This document shows, piece after piece, positions 57,805 to 64,000 of a stretch of 64,000 bases of DNA. Both the position numbers and the translations under genes were made by a program. Positions within the stretch are counted from its first letter, which is position 1. Each line of letters opens with the position of its first letter. The notes beneath the pieces are model-generated. The model saw only the letters and a program-made list of their open reading frames with translations, was not told the DNA's origin and did not search any database. Source of the stretch: a virus (taxonomy: Duplodnaviria; Heunggongvirae; Uroviricota; Caudoviricetes). The DNA lies in the IMG/VR virus record IMGVR_UViG_3300020202_000067, positions 17,335 to 81,334 of that record, one strand, 5' to 3'.

Positions 57805-58062
57805 TCGGGAGCTCCTCTAACTGGGGTGATCCTGCCTCGGCAAAAGCCACACGAAAAGTGAATTTTTTTCTTTCTCTACGATTTTTATTTTCCTGTGGCA
57901 ATTTTCCAGCCTTAGATAGCGCGTCCTGAAACAAAGGAGAAGTCCCATGTTGCCAGAGGAAGACCGTAAAAAGAAGGAAGAAGAGGAGCGCAAGCGTCGA
58001 GCCCAAGAAGGCAGCGCGCCAGTGACAAGTGATTATTCGACAACAACAAGCGACAATGGAGG
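57805..58062. promoter_or_regulatory. divergent promoter/regulatory region separating leftward and rightward operons
   Basis: 258-bp gap containing the most AT-rich run in the window (gtgaatttttttctttctctacgatttttattttcctgtggcaattttcc). An unlisted highly charged 46-aa ORF (approx 57948-58088, RBS aggagaag) lies inside it. Confidence 0.5.
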
Positions 58063-58320
58063 ATGCGACACTGCTGGAGGATGCGACTGATGAAGAGGCA
58101 TCAACTGCACATTATGGATCAAACTGGTCACACCACCATTGACTTCGATCCTGCCAATGATGAGCAAGTCAAGAACGCAATGAAGAAATTTGCAGCTCTG
58201 GTGATAGAGAAAAAGTTCACGGCGGCAAAGCGTACGGGTGGAGGCGATTACACTCTGACGAAAGCATTTGACCCGAACGCAGAGGAGCACTTGTTCATTC
58301 CGCAACTCAAAGGCGGGTGA
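58063..58320 (+). CDS. hypothetical small protein (probable ATG start ~58090 'MKRHQLHIMDQ...')
   Basis: Track ORF begins at an alternative start codon. RBS ggagga before the ATG at ~58090. Confidence 0.35.
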   Translation: MRHCWRMRLMKRHQLHIMDQTGHTTIDFDPANDEQVKNAMKKFAALVIEKKFTAAKRTGGGDYTLTKAFDPNAEEHLFIPQLKGG

Positions 58321-59039
58321 TGCTCCGGGGTCCTGGACGCATTATAGAACATGAACTCGCGGGGTTCTTCTCTGAAATGAGAAGAGTCCCGCGACTGCGT
58401 GGCGTTGAAATTCGAGAGCGCTTTGATGATATGTCCATAAGCGTCATATTCAGAACCGATGAAAGCTCATTCAGCGTCCGCATTGATCAGAGATATTTTG
58501 AAGGCCTGACTCAACAATATTGGGTGATCGACAGCTTCCGTCGCTATTGCGAAGAGTTGTACTGTCACGTCGCTAATAATTTCACCAGAGGCTGCGAAGC
58601 AATAGGTCATCGTCATTATGAGAGAATGCAAACCATTGAAGATGAAGTCTCTCGTTCTATTCACCAGACACCTCCGGCGTACTGGCTACCTCCAGTAATA
58701 GCAGAATATGGCCGAGAACTTGAGCGCGTTTATGGCATTAATCCGGCAACCGAACGTTCCATGGAACTGTTACGACGATGGCTCTCAAAAGAGCAACTTG
58801 AACAGTTCGAAGCTGATGGACACTTCATTGTTGTCGGCAACGTAACAAGGCATGAATATCGCATTGAGCAAGCGCATATGTTTGGCGTAGTACGCATGAA
58901 AGATCAAATGAGCTTCTGCTTTGTGCCGCAAGGCGCGCTATCCATTGGAGACATCATGCTGGCGCAAAAGATCAGTTTAGAGACCGATGAGCTTGCTGCA
59001 TTGCGCATTGCTAACAAAAGACCATACAATGTCTTCTGA
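58317..59039 (+). CDS. hypothetical protein
   Basis: 240 aa. ATGA-coupled at 58317. Confidence 0.35.
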   Translation: MMLRGPGRIIEHELAGFFSEMRRVPRLRGVEIRERFDDMSISVIFRTDESSFSVRIDQRYFEGLTQQYWVIDSFRRYCEELYCHVANNFTRGCEAIGHRHYERMQTIEDEVSRSIHQTPPAYWLPPVIAEYGRELERVYGINPATERSMELLRRWLSKEQLEQFEADGHFIVVGNVTRHEYRIEQAHMFGVVRMKDQMSFCFVPQGALSIGDIMLAQKISLETDELAALRIANKRPYNVF

Positions 59040-59164
59040 TTTCAAAAGAGGAGCGCTGGTCGGATTTTTGGCCACACTGGCGTTCAATGAATTGATCTGG
59101 CAAAGATGGATCATGGCTGCGCTTCTATGCGTGCTGATCTACTTGCTCTCACGGAGGGGATGAG

Positions 59165-61474
59165 GTGGATACCAGCTACAAGAAAATACCAGCGCTCGCG
59201 GCATACATCGACCGCGTCGGCGCTGAGCAACTCAACTTCAAGCGCTTCATGGTGAAAGACTACAAGGGGCACTACTACACTGAACGCGCAATGATCGTGA
59301 TCAAGGAAGACTTCACGATCTTTTGCTCCAATAAGAACTATGCTCCGACCAAAGAAGAAGCAGAAGCCATCAAGCATGAGATGGCCAAGCATGACTTCCC
59401 CAAAGCGATCAAGGTCAGAGACATCAAGGCGCTGGTCAAGATGCTCAAGGAAGAAAAAGAGATCTCTTCCGAAGATGAGCTCTTCACATTCATAGACCGC
59501 CATGACGGTCAAATCATCATGGTGCAGCAACTCAAGCGCTTGCCCGATGGTCGGAAGATCTACCCGCCTTGGTCCTTCTGGAGTGATGGTGAATGGCGAC
59601 GCATGGAGCCGGGCGGCTTGCTGCCCTTCTGGAAGCCCGCTAAGCAGCGCAAGACCAAAGTGATGCTCCATGAAGGAGCCAAGGTCTCACGGTACCTGGA
59701 GACAGAACTATCGAAGAAGGGCCATGGTGAGCTTGCTAACCATCCATGGTTGACAATCTTGCTAGAATTCGAGCATTGGGGAATGATTGGTGGTGCTCTC
59801 TCTCCTCATCGCGCTGATTATGCTGAGCTGCGACGCGAGAAACCCACTGAAGTTGTTTATGTGTGCGACAATGACTGGCCCGGTCAGGCCGCGCTTCAAG
59901 AAGTCTCCAAGGCTTATGGCTACTCACTCAAGGGGATCCGCTTCGATGAACGCTGGCCGCAGTCATGGGATCTGGCAGATCCGATGCCAGAAGCTTTCTT
60001 CAAGAGCGGACGATATCTCGGTCCGGCTCTTGAAGAACTCCTGGTACCGGCCACGCGAGCCACTGAAATCGTGCCGAACCCCGAAGGCAAGGGACGACCT
60101 GCAACTCGTCTGCTGAGGGATTTTCGCGAAGAGTGGTTTCATTGCGTCAAGCCTGAAGTGTTTGTGCACGGCGGCTGGCCCAACCGTATCTTCACAGCGC
60201 AAGAGTTCAACAACTTTGTGGCACCATTCAGTGATGTACTTGAGACCGCCAACTTGCTCAAGAAGGACGGCGCATCAAAGTCTGCGGTCCTCAAGTACAG
60301 CCCGGCAATGGAACCAGGCATCTACGGCTCCGGCGATGACGGGCGCTTCATCAACACGCATGTTCCAGCGCCCATCAAAGCTGAGAAAGGCAACGCTGCG
60401 CCGTGGGTGGAGTTCATGGAGCACTTGGTGCCTGATGAAGGTGATCGCAAAGAGTTAATCAGGTGGTGCGCCACCTTGATCTGTCGCCCAGACATCAAGA
60501 TGCTGTACGGTGTGCTGCTGATCTCTGAGATCCAGGGCATGGGGAAGGGGACATTAGGCGAGAAGATCCTCGCACCGCTCGTGGGTGAGACCAATGTGTC
60601 CTACCCATCGGAGCAAGAAATCGTTGACTCCAACTACAATTACTGGCTCGCACACAAGCGACTAGCCGTGGTCCATGAGATCTATGCTGGACACTCCTCC
60701 AAGGCATACAACAAGCTCAAGTCGATCATCACAGACAAGAACGTGAACGTGTCGATGAAGTATATGGCCAACTACACCGTTGAGAATTGGATCCATGTAT
60801 TCGCATGTTCCAATTCGATGCGTGCATTGCAGCTTGCCTCCGACGATCGCAGGTGGTTCGTGCCTAAGATCTCTGAGGTCAAGAAGCCTCGGCAATTTTG
60901 GTTAGACTTCAACCACTGGCTGAAAGAGCAAGGTGGCCTCGGCATCATCAAGTGGTGGATGGAGCGTTGGCTCGAAAAGAACGAACCAGTGTTGCCTGGC
61001 ACCGACGCTCCTTGGTCCGTGCTTAAAGGCGAGATCGTTGAGGAAGGCTACTCTCCCGGCATGAAGTTGGTGGCTGATACACTCGACTACATCAAGGGAG
61101 TGCTCAATGGCGATGATCCTAAGAAGAAGGCGGAATGGGAAGGTGCGGGCTACCTACGGGACGGAAGCATATTTGTTCTTGACACAGCGCTCGTGGAGCT
61201 CATTCGCCAAGCCATCTATGAAGGCCGCCACAATGATCGCCTTGAGCGCCCGGCCACAATACGTCGCGTCGCGAAGTCTAAAGGATGGTTTATCGGTGAG
61301 ACGCGGTCTTCCGTCAAGGAGTGGATAAATAGCACAAAGGCGGCTATGGGTGGGAGAGTGATAGCCAATACCAGAGAGTTGGCCATCACTCGTCCAGGAG
61401 ATCTGTGCAATGAAACCATGTCAGAGAAGGATAAGCGTCGTCCACTCGACGTCGCGCAGTTTATGAGGATGTGA
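59165..61474 (+). CDS. primase-helicase (Toprim-like DxD region plus D5/P4-alpha-type SF3 helicase)
   Basis: 769 aa with a GTG start and RBS ggagggga. 'VVYVCDNDWPGQAAL' is a Toprim DxD-like motif. 'LLISEIQGMGKGTLGEKIL' is Walker A and 'RLAVVHEIY' Walker B of an SF3 helicase. Confidence 0.55.
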   Translation: MDTSYKKIPALAAYIDRVGAEQLNFKRFMVKDYKGHYYTERAMIVIKEDFTIFCSNKNYAPTKEEAEAIKHEMAKHDFPKAIKVRDIKALVKMLKEEKEISSEDELFTFIDRHDGQIIMVQQLKRLPDGRKIYPPWSFWSDGEWRRMEPGGLLPFWKPAKQRKTKVMLHEGAKVSRYLETELSKKGHGELANHPWLTILLEFEHWGMIGGALSPHRADYAELRREKPTEVVYVCDNDWPGQAALQEVSKAYGYSLKGIRFDERWPQSWDLADPMPEAFFKSGRYLGPALEELLVPATRATEIVPNPEGKGRPATRLLRDFREEWFHCVKPEVFVHGGWPNRIFTAQEFNNFVAPFSDVLETANLLKKDGASKSAVLKYSPAMEPGIYGSGDDGRFINTHVPAPIKAEKGNAAPWVEFMEHLVPDEGDRKELIRWCATLICRPDIKMLYGVLLISEIQGMGKGTLGEKILAPLVGETNVSYPSEQEIVDSNYNYWLAHKRLAVVHEIYAGHSSKAYNKLKSIITDKNVNVSMKYMANYTVENWIHVFACSNSMRALQLASDDRRWFVPKISEVKKPRQFWLDFNHWLKEQGGLGIIKWWMERWLEKNEPVLPGTDAPWSVLKGEIVEEGYSPGMKLVADTLDYIKGVLNGDDPKKKAEWEGAGYLRDGSIFVLDTALVELIRQAIYEGRHNDRLERPATIRRVAKSKGWFIGETRSSVKEWINSTKAAMGGRVIANTRELAITRPGDLCNETMSEKDKRRPLDVAQFMRM

Positions 61475-61489
61475 ATTGGAGCTGGCTCG

Positions 61490-61789
61490 ATGAAATTGAA
61501 ATATTTAACAAAGCGTGAACGCCAAGTTTTTGATGCGTGCGTTGGCGGCTTGCTCGACAAGGAAATTGCCCACACTCTCGATATCAAGTCAGAGACAGTC
61601 AAGGTGCACAAACACCACATTTACAAAAAGCTAGGATTGAGGAACAAAGCTGAACTCGCCTTCATACGTGGAAAACAGGAAGCCGTTTCAATCCTCGAAC
61701 TCATTGCCTTGACCGAATTTGCCGGCGATGAATCAGTCAGCAGGCTTGTGGCCAAATTCAAGGAGAAAGTCGAAAATGGCCTGGGTTGA
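61490..61789 (+). CDS. LuxR/FixJ-type HTH transcription regulator (DNA-binding domain only)
   Basis: 'LTKRERQVFDACVGGLLDKEIAHTLDIKSETVKVHKHHIYKKLGLRNKAEL' is the canonical GerE/LuxR HTH. Confidence 0.65.
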   Translation: MKLKYLTKRERQVFDACVGGLLDKEIAHTLDIKSETVKVHKHHIYKKLGLRNKAELAFIRGKQEAVSILELIALTEFAGDESVSRLVAKFKEKVENGLG

Positions 61790-62414
61790 AAGTGAGGTTG
61801 CAGAGCTCAAGCGACTTGTTGAAGACACGGATCTTTCACGCAAAGAGATCGCTGCGCTCTTGGGCAAGACCAAGGGCATGGTTTCCTCCAAGCTCTGGGC
61901 CATGGGTCTGACGCTGAAGGATGAGACGTGGAATGCTGAAAGAGAACAGGCTCTGAGAGAACTCGCTCTCGCTGGAAGAACTGCCAAGGACATCGCCAAG
62001 GAGCTTGGCAATGGGATCACGCGCAATGCTGTGGTTTCAAAAGCTGCAAGAATGAAGATCTCGCTCAACGGCGATCTCAAGCAACGCAATGTGCACGGCA
62101 AGCACCCCACCATGAAAGAGATCGCCGAGCGCTCTTCTGCGCGCTACAAGCCGCGAGAGCGTGAGGTTCCAGGGATCATATTCAGACATTGTCAGTGGCC
62201 AATCGGAGACCCTCTTGAGGAGGGCTTCCATTTCTGCTGCCAGCCTGTCATGGAACCGAAGAGGATGCCGAACGCTCGGCGCGAGACCCGCTATCCTTAC
62301 TGCGAGGCGCATTGCTGTCGAGCGTATGGCGGATGGACCTACGAGGAATATGTTGAAGCCTTTGGTGAAGAGAAGGCCAAGAAGTACTGGGCGCAGAAGA
62401 GGCAGCGCCAATGA
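61719..62414 (+). CDS. gcrA: GcrA-like cell-cycle regulator homolog (probable start 61776 'MAWVESEV...')
   Basis: Two GcrA-type N-terminal HTH repeats ('LSRKEIAALLGKTKGMVSSKLWAMGL', 'TAKDIAKELGNGITRNAVVSKAARMKI'). C-terminal 'CQWPIGDPLEEGFHFCC' is the GcrA signature. Strong RBS aaggagaaag before 61776. Confidence 0.65.
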   Translation: MPAMNQSAGLWPNSRRKSKMAWVESEVAELKRLVEDTDLSRKEIAALLGKTKGMVSSKLWAMGLTLKDETWNAEREQALRELALAGRTAKDIAKELGNGITRNAVVSKAARMKISLNGDLKQRNVHGKHPTMKEIAERSSARYKPREREVPGIIFRHCQWPIGDPLEEGFHFCCQPVMEPKRMPNARRETRYPYCEAHCCRAYGGWTYEEYVEAFGEEKAKKYWAQKRQRQ

Positions 62415-62605
62415 AGCGCCATGTGCTTTGCTACTTTGGCATTCACAAGTGGCGCTATGAAGGCCAGCAACTTGGTTGTTGCGGCTTGGGCCTTGAGCGA
62501 TTTGAGGTCTGGGTCTGTGAGCGCTGTCCAAGGATGTTCTCGCAAATAGCTAACACGCATGAAGGCAAGATGCCGCTGTATGAGGACAGACTATGCACAA
62601 AATAG
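62411..62605 (+). CDS. hypothetical small Cys-rich protein
   Basis: 64 aa. ATGA-coupled to gcrA-like. 7 Cys. Confidence 0.3.
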   Translation: MKRHVLCYFGIHKWRYEGQQLGCCGLGLERFEVWVCERCPRMFSQIANTHEGKMPLYEDRLCTK

Positions 62606-62708
62606 AATTTGACATATTTGTCTTCGGCTTGCGGGCCGACATCGCGCTGGCGGGCTACATCGCGCCCATGTTCCGTGATGCGCCGAGCAACTGCATCTTG
62701 CCAGAGGA

Positions 62709-62909
62709 GTGGAGGCAATGGCTAACATAATCAACGCTTTCGGTGACACGGCTGTTGTCATCGAATATCTGGGAGGCTTGCGTCAGAGAGTCATCCCATT
62801 TTCCATTCGCCACAACGGGAACCAGTGGCTCCTTAGAGCTTGGTGCTGTGAGAAGGATGAGGAAGTGTTCATTGAGATGAACAAGATCTATGATTGGTGT
62901 GAGAAATGA
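62709..62909 (+). CDS. hypothetical small protein
   Basis: 66 aa ORF. Confidence 0.3.
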   Translation: MEAMANIINAFGDTAVVIEYLGGLRQRVIPFSIRHNGNQWLLRAWCCEKDEEVFIEMNKIYDWCEK

Positions 62910-63106
62910 CCAAGGCACTCAGCGATGCACAACAAGCTTGGCTCAAGGAGCATCCTGACTACGTGCTCGTAGGGCCGCCGCGCGTCGGCTCTTGGTACGT
63001 GGATTGTGGGACGCTTTATGCCGATGGAAAGTTTATTTTGCATCGGCAGGGAAATGCAGTCGAGCTCAAGGAAGGTTGCAAAATGGTAGGCATCAGACAC
63101 ACATGA
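62906..63106 (+). CDS. hypothetical small protein
   Basis: 66 aa. ATGA-coupled at 62906. Confidence 0.3.
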   Translation: MTKALSDAQQAWLKEHPDYVLVGPPRVGSWYVDCGTLYADGKFILHRQGNAVELKEGCKMVGIRHT

Positions 63107-63280
63107 GCTCAAGCTGCGACGTCCATTCCGCTCATGTGAAGTGCTAAGCGGCAAGGGCGTGCACATCTTCATTCCGCTGCCGAAGTTTAAACAGACAGCG
63201 CTCTGTAATCTTCTCGGAAGAAATCAAAGGGGATCGCGCAAAGAGAGCTGTGTGTCTCAACAAGATGAGGTGTGGTGATG

Positions 63281-63448
63281 AATGAGGTCGAATTCAGAGC
63301 CAAGATCGTCATGGCGCTGAGAGCCCTGGCGAAGGGCAATGTCGATGATGCTCAAGACTGCATCGATGATTTGGAAGAATTTGTCATCCAAGAAATCATG
63401 GACGAGCCTGAACTTGGCTTCCTCATCAAGGAAATGGAGCGGTGATGG
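63281..63448 (+). CDS. hypothetical small acidic protein (unlisted, 55 aa)
   Basis: ATG AAT GAG GTC... through to TGA at ~63446. Protein-like composition (MNEVEFRAKIVMALRALAKGNVDDAQDCIDDLEEF...). ATGA-coupled to the next ORF. Coordinates +/-2. Confidence 0.3.
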
Positions 63449-63618
63449 AAATCGTGCTTCTGTTCTTGCCCATTTACCTCTCCATTGGCTTGGTGTGTGG
63501 AATAGCCAATGTTCTGCAGAACCTCGCGCGCTTTCACGGTGGTGGGTTCCATTGGAAACGCATAGCGAAGTATCTGCTGCTTTTCGCTTTCCTCTGGCCA
63601 TTATGGGTGCTCGGATGA
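63445..63618 (+). CDS. small membrane protein (unlisted, 57 aa)
   Basis: MEIVLLFLPIYLSIGLVCGIANVLQNL...LLLFAFLWPLWVLG gives two hydrophobic helices. Overlap-coupled on both sides. Coordinates +/-2. Confidence 0.3.
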   Translation: MEIVLLFLPIYLSIGLVCGIANVLQNLARFHGGGFHWKRIAKYLLLFAFLWPLWVLG

Positions 63619-63926
63619 TCTCAATCGTGGAAGCTGCTGCGAGAGGCATTGAGCGTGTGCGGATGGAGGAATGGTCGAATGCGTTCGACCATTTGAAAAT
63701 CGATATTGTGGATACGCTCCCTGGTCCTTGGTTGAAGCTTTACAGCCCCATGAACAAGGCGGTCAATGGCAAGGATCCTGTGTTATTCGCCTGGGCTGTC
63801 GGACCAATGAAAACGGACGTGCATGCCAAGATTTTCGAGCCTTACAATGGGCCGTTGCCTGATTCTGAGGAATATAAAGAGGAGGTGGAGAAGTGGAATG
63901 AAACGCGTGATACTCAGAAGGCCTAA
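63615..63926 (+). CDS. hypothetical protein (103 aa; C-terminal part of track ORF 63339..63926)
   Basis: The internal Met 'MISIVEAAARG...' gives a protein-like product. The upstream part of the track ORF is Ser/Trp/Leu-rich and overlaps the two small ORFs above. Confidence 0.3.
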   Translation: MISIVEAAARGIERVRMEEWSNAFDHLKIDIVDTLPGPWLKLYSPMNKAVNGKDPVLFAWAVGPMKTDVHAKIFEPYNGPLPDSEEYKEEVEKWNETRDTQKA

Positions 63927-64000
63927 GAACAAGAGTGAAAAATTCTATCGGGCATGGCTCAAAATTGTGGGCGAACACCACAAGAAGCACAAGCCGCTTC
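63897..64000 (+). CDS. 5' end of a gene running off the window (basic N-terminus MKRVILRRPKNK...)
   Basis: ATG at ~63897, overlapping the previous stop. Open to the window end. Confidence 0.25.

Noticed and set aside
62606-62708. TTGACA at 62612 as a sigma70 promoter for the 62709 gene
   Set aside because: No acceptable -10 hexamer at 16-18 bp spacing. Treated as chance.
1-64000. Prophage or temperate lifestyle (integrase, attachment site, repressor/Cro switch)
   Set aside because: No tyrosine or serine recombinase, excisionase-integrase pair or flanking bacterial genes in the window. The small HTH protein at 21595..21822 is at an operon end, not at a switch region. The lifestyle cannot be decided from this window alone.

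Overview
The window is a contiguous ~64 kb piece of a gene-dense, GC-rich tailed-phage genome with a podovirus-like, T7-type virion module. I recognise no rRNA, tRNA, CRISPR array or integrase. Many adjacent genes are linked by ATGA or short overlaps (translational coupling), which supports most small ORF calls.

There are three transcription blocks:
(i) 1-21550, rightward late/virion operon in T7-like order: scaffold C-terminus, major capsid, terminator hairpin, three accessory ORFs, tail tubular proteins A and B (gp11/gp12-like), gp13/gp14-position proteins, an internal virion protein carrying an SLT lytic-transglycosylase motif, a giant 2994-aa ORF, small virion proteins and two paralogous tail-fibre-like genes, ending at a strong rho-independent terminator (21577-21604).
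(ii) 57804 down to 21595, leftward early/replication operon, convergent on that terminator. It holds about 70 small early genes and then recognisable replication and nucleotide-metabolism genes: DnaE-type Pol III alpha with a separate DnaQ-like exonuclease, a VRR-NUC nuclease, an Ogr-like zinc finger, a ThyX-like protein, a TrpF-like isomerase, an FAD oxidoreductase, an SDR, two HAD phosphatases, MazG, an SPFH/band-7 protein, a TopoVI-A/Spo11-like 'Mini-A' protein, a ParB-like nuclease, an HExxH peptidase, an SNF2-type helicase and an HNH endonuclease.
(iii) 58063 to window end, rightward block from a divergent promoter region: a Toprim/SF3 primase-helicase, a LuxR-type HTH protein and a GcrA-like regulator (pointing to an alphaproteobacterial host).

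Main hunt results:
- A ~26-nt element repeated in front of at least 8 consecutive early genes. It embeds the upstream stop codon, an ATG and the Shine-Dalgarno of the next gene.
- The 2994-aa ORF looks like a polyvalent injected protein with a zeta-toxin-like P-loop kinase motif and an HExxH metallopeptidase motif.
- A nucleotide-metabolism island (44.1-51.5 kb) containing a ThyX-like protein with a non-canonical RHR motif (RTR), a candidate DNA-modification pathway.
- A phage Mini-A TopoVI-A/Spo11-like protein.
- A 390-bp structured non-coding hub (39060-39453).
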